This document shows positions 10,085 to 20,141 of a DNA stretch of 64,000 nucleotides, one piece after another (the first letter of the stretch is position 1; the number at the start of each line of letters is the position of its first letter). The stretch covers positions 32,001 to 96,000 of the forward strand of contig JANOAV010000035.1 of NCBI GenBank assembly GCA_031411295.1, in the 5' to 3' direction. The DNA comes from Verrucomicrobiales bacterium. Lineage in GTDB: Bacteria; Verrucomicrobiota; Verrucomicrobiia; Verrucomicrobiales; V1-33. The notes beneath the pieces were generated by a model, which did not search any database, was not told the DNA's origin, and saw only the letters and a program-made list of their open reading frames with translations. The translations under genes and the position numbers were made by a program.

Positions 10085-11926
10085 ATGTCAAACCCTACCA
10101 CCCATACGTTCCAAGCCGAAGTCCGGCAGTTGTTGGACATCGTCATCAATTCGCTTTATACCGATAAGGAAATCTTCATTCGTGAGTTAGTCTCCAATGC
10201 TTCCGACTCGCTGGAAAAGCTGCGTCACTTGGAACTCACCCAGCAGAATACCATCTTCGATTCCGAAGTCGGCCGGGAAATTAACCTCACCACCGACAAG
10301 GAAGCCAACACCATCACCATTACCGATACCGGGCTGGGGATGACGCGCGAAGAGTTGATCACGAACCTCGGAACCATCGCCCACAGCGGATCGCGTGCAT
10401 TTTTGCAGAGCGTGGAAAAGGATCACGCAGCGGCTGGAAATGTCATCGGGCGGTTCGGCGTGGGCTTTTACAGCGTCTTCATGGTGGCCAAGCAGGTCAA
10501 AGTTTACACCCATTCCTGGCAGGCGGATGCTGAACACCTCTGCTGGAGCAGCGATGGCGTTAGCGGTTATGAAATCGAGGAAGCCCCCGGTCAGGCCCGC
10601 GGTTGCAAGATTGTGATTGAGCTGAAGGAAGATCAGGACACCTATGCCGAGGAGGACACCATCAAGCGCATCGTCGAGCGGTATTCCAACTTCGTTTCCT
10701 TCCCCATCTTCCTGAACGCCGAGCGCGTGAACACCGTGGAAGCCTTGTGGCTCAAGTCCAAGACGGAAGTGACCGAGGAGCAATACAAGTCGTTCTATCA
10801 ATTCGTGGGCCACGCTTACGACGATCCCCGTTACACGTTCCACTTCAATGCGGACTCGCCTATTTCCATCAACTCGCTGGTCTTCGTGCCGCAGGAGAAT
10901 CAGGAAAAATGGGGCATGGGCCAGATGGAAGCTGGCGTGGCGCTCTATTGCCGCCGGGTCATGATCGATCCGCATCCGAAGGGCCTGCTGCCAGAGTGGC
11001 TGCGCTTCCTCAAGGGTGTGATCGACAGCGATGATCTCCCGCTGAATATCAGCCGCGAAACCATGCAGGACAGCGCCCTGATCCGGAAACTCAACGATGT
11101 TATCACGAAGCGTTTCCTGAAGTTCTTGGATGCTTCCTCCTTGGAAGATCCCGAGAAATACACCGAGTTCTATCAATCCTTCTCCCGTTTCCTGAAAGAA
11201 GGCATCGCCACGGATTACACGCATCGTGAAGCGCTCGGCAAGCTCATCCGTTTCGAGTCCTCCATGACGGACAAGGGCAAGCTGACCAGCTTTGCAGATT
11301 ACCTAACACGCGCCAAAGAAGAGCAGAAGGAAATTTATTTCCAGATCGCCCCCAGCCGTGAAGCCATCGAAAGCGGCCCGTATCTTGAAGGATTCAAGGC
11401 CCGTGGTCTGGAAGTCATCTACTTCTTCGAGCCCATCGACGAATACGTTTGCGAAGCGATTCGTGAATTCAGCGGCAAGAAACTCGTGGCCGTGGATCGC
11501 GCGGAAGTGGAGCTGGACGACGTGGCCTCTGAAGATGCCCCGCTGGACGAAGCGCTCACCGAGAGCCTGTGTGCTTGGCTGAAGGAGATCGGTGGCAACC
11601 AAGTGGAAACCGTCCGCGCCAGTAAACGGCTCGTCGGCAGCCCCGCCGCCGCCCTAACACCGGAAGACGGAGCCAGTGCCCAACTTCGCGCCATGATGAA
11701 AGCCATGAATCAAGACGCTCCGGCCACGAAGATCATCCTGGAAATCAACCCACGCCACGCCTTGATCCACCAACTCTCCGCCGCCCAAACCGCCCAGCCG
11801 GAAACCGCCGAAAAGGTCGCCCGCCAACTTATCGACAACGCCCTCATCTCCGCCGGCCTCATGGAAGACCCAAGAGAAATGGTCCAGCGCATGTATGAAC
11901 TCATGGGTGCTGCGCTCGCGAAGTAA
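10085..11926 (+). CDS. htpG: Chaperone HtpG (Hsp90)
   Basis: FQAEV, RELVSNASD, NLGTIAHSG, IGRFGVGFYS, LPLNISRE, LEINP. ATG 10085 preferred over TTG 10079. Confidence 0.97.
   Translation: MSNPTTHTFQAEVRQLLDIVINSLYTDKEIFIRELVSNASDSLEKLRHLELTQQNTIFDSEVGREINLTTDKEANTITITDTGLGMTREELITNLGTIAHSGSRAFLQSVEKDHAAAGNVIGRFGVGFYSVFMVAKQVKVYTHSWQADAEHLCWSSDGVSGYEIEEAPGQARGCKIVIELKEDQDTYAEEDTIKRIVERYSNFVSFPIFLNAERVNTVEALWLKSKTEVTEEQYKSFYQFVGHAYDDPRYTFHFNADSPISINSLVFVPQENQEKWGMGQMEAGVALYCRRVMIDPHPKGLLPEWLRFLKGVIDSDDLPLNISRETMQDSALIRKLNDVITKRFLKFLDASSLEDPEKYTEFYQSFSRFLKEGIATDYTHREALGKLIRFESSMTDKGKLTSFADYLTRAKEEQKEIYFQIAPSREAIESGPYLEGFKARGLEVIYFFEPIDEYVCEAIREFSGKKLVAVDRAEVELDDVASEDAPLDEALTESLCAWLKEIGGNQVETVRASKRLVGSPAAALTPEDGASAQLRAMMKAMNQDAPATKIILEINPRHALIHQLSAAQTAQPETAEKVARQLIDNALISAGLMEDPREMVQRMYELMGAALAK
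11840..11926 (+). repeat. Left direct repeat (htpG 3' end; attL-like)
   Basis: 87 bp matching 19519-19605 with 5 mismatches. Confidence 0.92.
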
Positions 11927-11948
11927 CGCCGTCTGAAAGCATTCACAG

Positions 11949-11985
11949 AAGCCCCATAGGCCAGATTTGGCCTTTGGGGCTTTTT
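11949..11985 (+). terminator. Rho-independent terminator after htpG
   Basis: aagcccca-taggcc...ggcc-tt-tggggc followed by a T run. Confidence 0.8.
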
Positions 11986-12049
11986 GTTTGCTTTGGATAG
12001 GTTTCTTCGACGAAACTGAACAGACGAGGCGGAGTCCCCGCCTCAACCC

Positions 12050-12823
12050 TCAACCTGCCTCCCCCTCCTCACCGAAGCCGGATAAAAGCCATGCCCCATG
12101 CATGCCGATGGTTGGATCGGTGGTCATGAAAACTTTGTGTGGGGCGGGCACTTGCAAGTCTTCTGCCTGGACGAGGTTTGTGAGCCCACCGCCCACCAGC
12201 ACGCACCACGGTTCCTCAGCACCTTCGAGCAGGCAAGTCATGAGCGCACTCCAGCGCTCAGCCAACCGCCGACCTACTTCTGCAACTGACAGGCCTTGCC
12301 TTAACAAATATTCCTTGTAGCAGTGGGCCATCGAGTTGTGAATCCCCTCAGCCACAGGAGAATACTCAGGGAATCTTTCGGCTAGCAATCCTATCTTTTC
12401 TGAGGGTAATGTGAGTAAATCCAGCGGCATAATTCCCCCTTCGGCATCCACTAGGGCTGCCGCGACACCTGAGCCGAATACTAAGCTTAAACACGGCTGA
12501 TCGCTGATTTCCGCTCTAAAAGTTTGTGTCAATCCAGCCGCCCAGCAAATGGCGTCGCCTTCAACAAATACGGGAACATCTGTTGCCAATTGGAGGTGTT
12601 TGGCAAAATTTGCGTTGAGTCCAAAATTCCTCAACCAACCATAGTAGACACCATGCTCAACTCCGCCAGAGATGCAGATGGCTACACTCGATGGAACTGA
12701 TTGCTGTATCAAACTCTGAAGGCCCAAGATTAAAGTGCTGGGTAGAAAGCCTTCGGTTTTTGAAATTTGACCTGACCTCTCTCTATGCCGCAAGCCGGAG
12801 CCACCTATTTCAATCAAAAGCAC
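12050..12823 (-). CDS. Divergent ROK-family (sugar kinase-like) protein
   Basis: IEIGGS, VPVFVEGDA (cf. VxVENDA), FGSGVAAA and VGGG segments. Confidence 0.7.
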   Translation of the reverse strand: MLLIEIGGSGLRHRERSGQISKTEGFLPSTLILGLQSLIQQSVPSSVAICISGGVEHGVYYGWLRNFGLNANFAKHLQLATDVPVFVEGDAICWAAGLTQTFRAEISDQPCLSLVFGSGVAAALVDAEGGIMPLDLLTLPSEKIGLLAERFPEYSPVAEGIHNSMAHCYKEYLLRQGLSVAEVGRRLAERWSALMTCLLEGAEEPWCVLVGGGLTNLVQAEDLQVPAPHKVFMTTDPTIGMHGAWLLSGFGEEGEAG

Positions 12824-12832
12824 TTCTACTGT

Positions 12833-14107
12833 TTAATGTTTGTTTTTTATGAATGCTTGTGCTATCGAAACAACTTGCTGTGGAATGCTCCCACTTTCGA
12901 TAAGCTGTCCTAAGCCGGCTGGATCGCGAGCAGCCCAAGCGGAGCAGAATGTGCTCCAATTTTGGATATCTAATTTCGTTTTCGGATCACCGATGAGTGC
13001 TTTAATTTGATTCAACCCTTCTGAAGATGCCTTCGAACCTAGACTGTATGCCACACTACCTACCAGTGAATCCTTCGCAGCCCCTTCAGGAATAGCATCA
13101 AGGTAAACCGGCACGTTATCAAATGAATTAGGCACAGCCAACAACAATGGAGTTGATAAATAGCTACTTGTGCCAAGGCCGCCGCCCGATGCTTTCGCTA
13201 ATTCAATTATTTCGTTAGGGCTGAGGTTTTCCGCTAAGAAACCACTTCCATGTCTGAGTAGAATGTTTTGTAGTTCGCGGTCTGGAGATTTCGGGGATCC
13301 AATCACGCTTATCATGTCCTCTCGGCGTTGTGAATACCATTCTGTGGCAATCGTTGGACCGATGGATTGCTTTTCATTAGCGGTTAAAATTTTTGACAGG
13401 TATTTCCAGTTAGTGGTTAAATCTCGCTTTAACAATTGCTTGCTAAGCCCTATCCTCGCTGCATCTCTAATGCCAGTTGGCATATTCTTTATCTGATCAA
13501 AGCCAGCAACGCCAAAAAAATCCGCCATACGACTAAAGCAATTACTTACGAATTGATCATTGACTCGATTCTTTAGACCTACGATTGCTTGAATTGCCGC
13601 CTCCGGGTCAATTTTGGCAGCAGAGCAAATTAACGCTTGGCGCTCAACATCCGTGGTCACAAATGAAGGGGGGCTTTCCAGCCATTTTCTAAGCTGCTCG
13701 GGCGCTTTTTCAGCAGCTGCGTCAAATACAAGTTGATATTCAAAAGCACTCGCCCCTTTCTGGTGTTTCAGAATTTCTCCCAGTATTTCCTCTGAATTCT
13801 CTTCGGAGAACAACTTTTCAAGTAGTTTTCGCTGAAGTAATATCCCAACATCACCACCAGCCTTATCAAAATCATTTCTAGCCAACTCGATGAAATTCAA
13901 CGCTTCGGCGGATGACATTGATTTGATTTTTTCTAGTATGGCAACGAGATCTGATTTATTTGGTAGTCGCTCTGCCGGACGTCTCTCCTTCAGTTGGTAG
14001 TTAGGTGGATGGGGTTGCTCATTACTTGCTGGATGAAATGACTTCGCCATGATAAAGCCGATAAAAAAAGCGAATGCGGGAAAAATTAGATGCTTTGAAA
14101 TTTTCAT
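12833..14107 (-). CDS. Membrane-anchored helical-repeat hypothetical protein
   Basis: N-terminal hydrophobic anchor; DPxAA / WAARDP repeats; 4-bp overlap with the upstream gene. Confidence 0.75.
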   Translation of the reverse strand: MKISKHLIFPAFAFFIGFIMAKSFHPASNEQPHPPNYQLKERRPAERLPNKSDLVAILEKIKSMSSAEALNFIELARNDFDKAGGDVGILLQRKLLEKLFSEENSEEILGEILKHQKGASAFEYQLVFDAAAEKAPEQLRKWLESPPSFVTTDVERQALICSAAKIDPEAAIQAIVGLKNRVNDQFVSNCFSRMADFFGVAGFDQIKNMPTGIRDAARIGLSKQLLKRDLTTNWKYLSKILTANEKQSIGPTIATEWYSQRREDMISVIGSPKSPDRELQNILLRHGSGFLAENLSPNEIIELAKASGGGLGTSSYLSTPLLLAVPNSFDNVPVYLDAIPEGAAKDSLVGSVAYSLGSKASSEGLNQIKALIGDPKTKLDIQNWSTFCSAWAARDPAGLGQLIESGSIPQQVVSIAQAFIKNKH

Positions 14108-15732
14108 TTTGGAGCTTTAAGCACTGAACCAATGACCTGTTCTTTTGTTTTTGGATTACTAATTGACTTAGCCCAGATATTAGCACTGGCTGGATCGGTA
14201 TCCTTGATCGCTCCAATCAGCCCGACAATCGCGTCGTCTTTCTGGGATCCTGGCTCAAGGAGATTCACCCACTGGGAGGCACTCAGCGGGTCGGATTTTA
14301 CCCATCCTTCTACACCCTTCATGACTACCTCAGCCTGAGTAAGTCCGAGGTTGTCTGGGATCGGCTTTTGCAGTAGAGCACCAAAATCCTCAGCTCCTAG
14401 CTGCTGAACTAATTGTTCAGCAACGGATTTGGCGATCGGTCCTAGTCTCTCAGCGTCAAGCATTTGCCACGCTAATTTGGGTTGACTAGCGGCTACCTGA
14501 GCAGCAACCCCACGTTTATAGCTTTCCTGCAATTCTGCCGGTATACGTGAGACTATTTCAGCGCTCACTGCTAACTCAGGATCAAATTTGACGGCGTTCT
14601 GAGTTAATTCGGCCATCATATATGGCTTGATCATGCTTCCTCTGGTTTCAAGCAAATCGAGAGATGAGACAAAGTCAAGTGAAGACGCTTTTTTAAGAAA
14701 ATTAACCACCAATGCTTCGGTTGGCTGAGGAAACATTTTGTTAAAGTTCTCCACTGCATTTCCTTCTATTTGCACCAAGCAGTCTAAAACTGCCTCATCA
14801 GTAAACTTTCCTTTAACACCTAGAAACGGAGTGAGTGTTTCAAAAGATGGCGCGGAATCTTTTTGACTCAGAAATCTCAAACACGACGCAAAATAAAAAT
14901 CGCTGTGAGACTCCTTTAATAAAGCCTCCGTCGACAAGTTATGATCGGCTAAAATCAGGGATCCTAACTCAGCTGGATCTCGAAGGGCCATATAGCCTTG
15001 CGGGCCTACGCCCTGCTTTGAAGTGTTAAATACAAGATTAGCCACAGACTCAAAGCTAGCAGCATTCGCGCCAGCGAGTGCCGCCTTAGGGTTCCGTCGA
15101 AGGAAAGCTACCGCAATGTCGTTTAATAAACCTTGCTTAGCCTTTATCGGTGAATTATCAATGAATGCTTTGGCTTTCGCATAGTCAACCGAACCCCATT
15201 CATTAAGGATTGTGCGGACCTTATTTTCGTTTCCGTTAGCAGCGAGGAATTTGTCGAGAACGCCTGCCGGATCCCTCTTCGCCGTTCCCTGCCAAATAGA
15301 CTCCATATACCTCTGGGAATTAGGTCCTGCCGACAACAAGCGGTCTGATTTCAAAACCATTTCTGCATCATCAACATCCATCTGACCAGCAACAAAAAAT
15401 ACACGTTCTGTCAGAGTTCGCTTCCAACTGATATCCGAGCAACCCGAGATTAGAGAAAGGCAGTATTTGGCACCTCGTTCTCGTGTCAAGCTTTCGATTG
15501 AAGCAATGGCATCCAGCTGACCGTCCAAAGAAATAGGACGAGAACTGAGAAAGTCCCGGGAAGTTTCCTTCCCAGGACTTTCAGGATCATGTGATCCGCC
15601 CCGTTCACCACCTTCAGCCTCCACCGGCTTGTGGGTAACAACTTTTTGAAGCGTAGAGCTGGCTGGCCTAAAGTAGATAAATCCAGCAGTTAAGCCTAGG
15701 AGGGTTGCAAAAATATAACGGATCAGGATCAC
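14104..15732 (-). CDS. Membrane-anchored helical-repeat hypothetical protein
   Basis: N-terminal anchor; WVKSDPLSASQW and DPASANIWAKSI repeats; GTG start. Confidence 0.78.
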   Translation of the reverse strand: MILIRYIFATLLGLTAGFIYFRPASSTLQKVVTHKPVEAEGGERGGSHDPESPGKETSRDFLSSRPISLDGQLDAIASIESLTRERGAKYCLSLISGCSDISWKRTLTERVFFVAGQMDVDDAEMVLKSDRLLSAGPNSQRYMESIWQGTAKRDPAGVLDKFLAANGNENKVRTILNEWGSVDYAKAKAFIDNSPIKAKQGLLNDIAVAFLRRNPKAALAGANAASFESVANLVFNTSKQGVGPQGYMALRDPAELGSLILADHNLSTEALLKESHSDFYFASCLRFLSQKDSAPSFETLTPFLGVKGKFTDEAVLDCLVQIEGNAVENFNKMFPQPTEALVVNFLKKASSLDFVSSLDLLETRGSMIKPYMMAELTQNAVKFDPELAVSAEIVSRIPAELQESYKRGVAAQVAASQPKLAWQMLDAERLGPIAKSVAEQLVQQLGAEDFGALLQKPIPDNLGLTQAEVVMKGVEGWVKSDPLSASQWVNLLEPGSQKDDAIVGLIGAIKDTDPASANIWAKSISNPKTKEQVIGSVLKAPK

Positions 15733-15754
15733 GGCTCTAGATTAGTTTGCGGTT

Positions 15755-16247
15755 CTAGCCCTCTTTGCGGAAATATTGGCGCCAAACTCCCTGCACCAGA
15801 TATTCTACATGGAAACCACTCTCGTTCCATGTATCAGGAACGGTAAGCGTGGTAAAAGTTGGTCCACTGACCCAACTGCCTGTAAAATCGCTTACAGCAT
15901 TATTGAAAAGTCCCAAAACCGCACCTGTTTCGTCTAGATAATTAATCCCTAGGTCAACTCCAGACGACGCAGAGTAAAATAAGTTGTAACGCGCGGTTGC
16001 TGCCGTTAGATCCGCATTCCCGTAGTCTTCAGAGAAAATGTAATCCCTATACCAAGGAACCGCACTAGGGTTTCCTGCGGATGAGAGCTCCACAGCATTC
16101 GCGTTCTTCGGTGTAGCAGCGACCGCAAAAGCCAGAGCACCACCTCCACCAATTTTCAGGAAGTCACGTCGTGCTAGTTTACGCGGGGTTGAAGGTTCAT
16201 TATTACTATTATGGCTCTCTCTCTCTCTCTCTTATAACTGGCTTCAT
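15755..16247 (-). pseudogene. Small Tat-exported protein, frameshifted at an (AG)9 tract (phase-OFF allele or assembly slip)
   Basis: Frame upstream of the track's GTG reads KLARRDFLKIGGGGALAFAVAATPKNANA. It has no in-frame start. ATG 16247 joins it if one AG unit is added. Confidence 0.72.
16215..16232. repeat. (CT)9/(AG)9 simple sequence repeat
   Basis: Read directly from the sequence. Confidence 0.97.
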
Positions 16248-16410
16248 AAGTATATGATGTTTTTAGTTGAGTTTAGTTAATTGACCGACAAGTGATGGAT
16301 CTAACCACATCTCTGTCGTTTGGTCAATGTTATTTGAAAATATTTCATCTCATCCCAATGCTGCCCTCCCCGCTCACCCCAGTTATAATTAGCCAATATC
16401 AGACGCCTCC

Positions 16411-17238
16411 ATGAGAAAACCGCATTTGGTCTATACGGTGGCGATTGATCCGCCAGGGCAGACGGGGTGCCGATTGATGGCCAAGCTATTGGCTGCATCC
16501 CTGAGCCGCTCTCAGTTTCCGGGTGACATCATGATTTTCCACAACTCCAGCGCTCCATTGTTTTTCGTGGAGCGGAAAGGTGTGGAGGAAGTGCTGGTGG
16601 ACCCACTAACGCCCGATGATGCCTTGAAATTGGCACAAGAGGCATGGACTTGGAAATACCGGGTGCGGCAATTCATTGATGCTGAGAAATATGATAAAAT
16701 TCTCTTTCTGGATGCCGACTGTCTGGCATTGAGGAATCTGGATCACTTGTTAGACGGGGATTGGGATATCGCCTTCCAGAGGGAGCAAGGTCTGGGAATA
16801 GCAATGTCTCAGTTTTCCTGTTATCTAACCGCAGAGGAGAAGACCAATCTGAGATGTAATGGGGTGAACAGTGGCACGCTGGCAGTGCGGGGTTCGCTCT
16901 ATCAAACTGTGATGGAAGAGTGGGAGCGCATCGAGAAGACGGAACCTCCCTCCCCGCGTTGGTGCAGTGATCAGGCAAGTTGGAATAGGCTCCTGCTGGA
17001 TGCGGCCTCACGAAGGAAGTCGGGTGAGGATAACGGGTGGCTAGCCAAGCCATTCGAGTCACATGAAATCCAATTTCCAATGCACCTTCACAAAGATTTC
17101 CGTGAATATCGGAATGCAGCCATCCTGCATTTTCTGGGTGGCAGCAACATCGAGAAAATGCAGATGATGTTCTCCATTTACATGGGAACCTATTTCCACG
17201 ATGTAGCGGGCACGCTGCTTAATGTGACTGACATGTAA
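16411..17238 (+). CDS. GT-A fold glycosyltransferase (GT8/nucleotide-diphospho-sugar transferase-like)
   Basis: LFLDADCL DxD motif, VNSG, SDQ, ILHF. Confidence 0.8.
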   Translation: MRKPHLVYTVAIDPPGQTGCRLMAKLLAASLSRSQFPGDIMIFHNSSAPLFFVERKGVEEVLVDPLTPDDALKLAQEAWTWKYRVRQFIDAEKYDKILFLDADCLALRNLDHLLDGDWDIAFQREQGLGIAMSQFSCYLTAEEKTNLRCNGVNSGTLAVRGSLYQTVMEEWERIEKTEPPSPRWCSDQASWNRLLLDAASRRKSGEDNGWLAKPFESHEIQFPMHLHKDFREYRNAAILHFLGGSNIEKMQMMFSIYMGTYFHDVAGTLLNVTDM

Positions 17239-17253
17239 GCTAGGAAGCAGACT

Positions 17254-18798
17254 ATGGACTTTGAGCAAATTTTCCCCCACCGCTATTATCTAAATCTGGC
17301 CCGCCGTCAAGATCGCAGGGCGCAGACAGAAGTGCAATTCCGTGAAATCGACTTGGAGGTGCAACGATTTCCCGCAGTGGATGCAAGCTGGCTTCAGTCG
17401 ATGCGTGGTTACGAAACCAAACCACGCTACGCTCTTGCTTTAACAACCCGTATGCTACTCCGAAAAGCGATGCGCGAGAAAGCATCGGCACTGCTGATCT
17501 TTGAAGATGACGTGGTGCTGGCTCCGGATTTTGTTGAGCGCGTGTCCGAACTAGAGCTGCCTGATGATTGGGCGATGTTCTACCTTGGGACGCAGCATCA
17601 TTTGCGTCCTACGACTGTGGAGAAGGGACTCGTGAAGGTGGGTTATGCTCTGGACGCTCATGCTTATGCAATCCGAGGGCCGTATCTGGAACGTGTGTAT
17701 CGGCTGCTCAAGGGCGCAGGTAAGAAATCAGCTAACGGCCAATTCCCTGCGATTGACGTGAGCTTGGGGACGCTGCACGCGGAAATACCCACCTATGCGG
17801 CGTATCCGAATCTGGCCTGGCAGGGAGTAGAGGATTCCGACATTGCGAAGGGGCGCTACAGCAATTACGGGCCAACGGGTGACCAGTTGCCACATCCTGA
17901 AATTCTGGCTGGGCTCGGAGCTGAAGCTCTTGGCGGGAAAGCCTCGGTAGGGGCCGGACGCAGGGTTTCAAATTTTGTATTTCAGGTGCGGCGTTGGTTT
18001 CCTAATTGGCAGCCGCCGGTCCATACGTTACGAACTGCGGAAGCAGAGCCAACGGCTGCGGATGCTAGGCCCGGGCACGCGGTCATATTTCGGGAAATGT
18101 CAGTGTTGTCTCCCCAGGACGAATTCAAGACTGAATGGGAAAATTGGGCTGTGGCAGCCAATGAACGTGTGTCGGTTGTAGAGTTACTACTGACTGACGA
18201 TGTCTGGAACAACCTACGTCTGAGGCTCGATGCACTGCGGAAGGCTGCTAAGGAGTGGAATTTGTCAGGAGTGGCTTTTCTGCCAAAAGAGGCAAGACCG
18301 CTGCGGTCAGCGGGGGATTTCCTCAAACTTCTGGAACTCAGTGGCCCGAGCATCTTTGAATGGGAAATGATGTTTCCTGCAAATCACACAAAGGCAGCCG
18401 AAAATGTCAGTTCGGGCGCTGGTTCCTCTGATGTCGATTTTGGACTGATCAGGTATTCAACTCAGTTCATCCCATCGGCGTGGTCGCGAAACTCTGGAGC
18501 GGTGGTGCTGAGCGTAGCGCACGCCAAGGCGCTCATTGAAGAAGATTATAGCAAATACTGTAGTTGGATTAAAGACGATCCATGGTGCTACTATCCTTCA
18601 AGCGTGCTGCGGCTCAAGGGGTTCGATTTAGAGCAGACAGTCTTGGGGCGAAATCCCGTTTTTACTCCCGCAGAATCCAACGCAGCCTCTGCGGTGAATA
18701 CAACCGCCATGGCTTGGGCTTCGGGAAACTTTTTCGAGGCACGGCCCGAGATTACAAATGCCAATTTGCCAACATTAACTTCACTACTGAAATCATGA
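17254..18798 (+). CDS. Glycosyltransferase family 25 domain protein with unassigned C-terminal half
   Basis: YYLNLARRQDRR, RFPAVD, IFEDDV, HAYAI. Confidence 0.8.
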   Translation: MDFEQIFPHRYYLNLARRQDRRAQTEVQFREIDLEVQRFPAVDASWLQSMRGYETKPRYALALTTRMLLRKAMREKASALLIFEDDVVLAPDFVERVSELELPDDWAMFYLGTQHHLRPTTVEKGLVKVGYALDAHAYAIRGPYLERVYRLLKGAGKKSANGQFPAIDVSLGTLHAEIPTYAAYPNLAWQGVEDSDIAKGRYSNYGPTGDQLPHPEILAGLGAEALGGKASVGAGRRVSNFVFQVRRWFPNWQPPVHTLRTAEAEPTAADARPGHAVIFREMSVLSPQDEFKTEWENWAVAANERVSVVELLLTDDVWNNLRLRLDALRKAAKEWNLSGVAFLPKEARPLRSAGDFLKLLELSGPSIFEWEMMFPANHTKAAENVSSGAGSSDVDFGLIRYSTQFIPSAWSRNSGAVVLSVAHAKALIEEDYSKYCSWIKDDPWCYYPSSVLRLKGFDLEQTVLGRNPVFTPAESNAASAVNTTAMAWASGNFFEARPEITNANLPTLTSLLKS

Positions 18799-19442
18799 AC
18801 AATAATTCTTTCCAAAAACTTCCTGCACTCATTGGCAACCAAAATGGAGGTGCATCGCCTGCAATGCTTGCGGTCATCGGAACAGGCGTGGCGGCTGTGC
18901 TCGCACTTGGTTATTGGCTGGGCAAAGCCCCGACTACAGCAAAGGTTGAAGATGCTCCCCCGGCAGTATTGAAAAAATCGCCAGCAGTGCAGAAAGCAGC
19001 ACCTCAGGCCGCCCCTTCTGCTCAGCCTGTCGCGTCCGAGGCTGCTCTCCCGAAAGCAGAACATGAGAAAGTCGTCTCTGCTGAGTTAGCCAAACCTGGA
19101 ATAACGGCTCAGGCCTTTCTTGACTCAAAACCTGTCCAAGCTTGGGCAAGGCAAAGCCCGGCGGATCTAATGGAATGGCTGGAGACCGCAGCTGTCCCAA
19201 AGACGGCTGGAGGAGCACCAGCAGGTCTGAAGGTTGCTATCTTCGAATGGACTAAACAAGACTTGAACGCTTGTGCGGAATGGATCAAGGCACGACCAAC
19301 TTCCGTAAATTACGACCATTCAGTAAGGTATCTCGTAGAATTCATGCTTCCAACAGACAGGGCTGCGGCCGAGAACTGGGCGGCCACAATTCGGGATCCG
19401 GGGCTAGCTCAAAAGGCGAAGGCGCTGCTGATGAAGCGATGA
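18795..19442 (+). CDS. Membrane-anchored helical-repeat hypothetical protein
   Basis: ATG 18795 overlaps the previous stop (ATGA). TM segment, AP/K linker, WTKQDLNACAEW and DRAAAENWAATI repeats. Confidence 0.75.
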   Translation: MNNNSFQKLPALIGNQNGGASPAMLAVIGTGVAAVLALGYWLGKAPTTAKVEDAPPAVLKKSPAVQKAAPQAAPSAQPVASEAALPKAEHEKVVSAELAKPGITAQAFLDSKPVQAWARQSPADLMEWLETAAVPKTAGGAPAGLKVAIFEWTKQDLNACAEWIKARPTSVNYDHSVRYLVEFMLPTDRAAAENWAATIRDPGLAQKAKALLMKR

Positions 19443-19518
19443 CGAAGTGACCGCCGACGCTAAGCTAGTGCTTCGGTCAGCAGGCAAAGTGGGCCGAATG
19501 GCTCAACACCGTATCGAA

Positions 19519-19605
19519 GCCCTCATCTCCGCCGGCCTCATGGAAGACCCCCGTGAAATGGTCCAGCGCATGTATGAACTCATGGGCGCTGCGCTCGCGA
19601 AGTAG
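19519..19605 (+). repeat. Right direct repeat: displaced htpG 3' fragment (attR-like)
   Basis: Encodes the same ALISAGLMEDPREMVQRMYELMGAALAK* with only synonymous differences, followed by a degenerate copy of the terminator region. Confidence 0.92.
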
Positions 19606-19694
19606 GGCAGTCTGAAAGGATACACACAAGCTCCATAGGCCACGTCCGGCGTGTGGGCTTGTTCTTTACTGCCTGATCCTTTTTTTGAATAACT

Positions 19695-20141
19695 CTATCC
19701 TACACCGGACTTGCCCGTCAGCGGATTGTGCCATTTTAGGCCAGAAAACCGATGGAAATCCGTATCGTTGCTATGCACGGTAGCCCCTTCCTGCAAGGCC
19801 AGAGCCGCAATCTGCGCGTCGGCTGTTAGGTTCCCTCCTGTGCCTGCTTTTTGCAGCAGCGCCAGAACTTCTGAAATGTGGTGCGGGCAGGGTTCAATTA
19901 CCATGGTCTGCGGTCGGACTAACCAAGATTGGACGTGCAGCGCACTGTCTGCCACGGAGAGCGGATTCGTGAAAACCCTAGGGTGCGTGACCAAGCGGAT
20001 GAAACCAAAAATCACCACCGGAGCCAGCCCCACGATCTCTGTTCCGTTTAAGCATCGTTGCCACCAAGAGGCCGCTGCCTTATGCTGTGTTGCGCTGGCA
20101 TCGTAAGCATACACCAACAGATTGACGTCCGGGAGAATCAT
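19695..20141 (-). CDS. vapC: VapC PIN-domain toxin
   Basis: MILPDVNLLVYA, DAQIAALA, HSNDTDFHRF, WHNPL. Confidence 0.93.
   Translation of the reverse strand: MILPDVNLLVYAYDASATQHKAAASWWQRCLNGTEIVGLAPVVIFGFIRLVTHPRVFTNPLSVADSALHVQSWLVRPQTMVIEPCPHHISEVLALLQKAGTGGNLTADAQIAALALQEGATVHSNDTDFHRFSGLKWHNPLTGKSGVG

Larger units (their letters stand above)
11927..19518. mobile_element. Genomic island inserted at the htpG 3' end (no integrase seen)
   Basis: Flanked by the duplicated htpG 3' end. Visibly lower GC and different codon usage, especially 12.3-16.4 kb. Confidence 0.75.
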
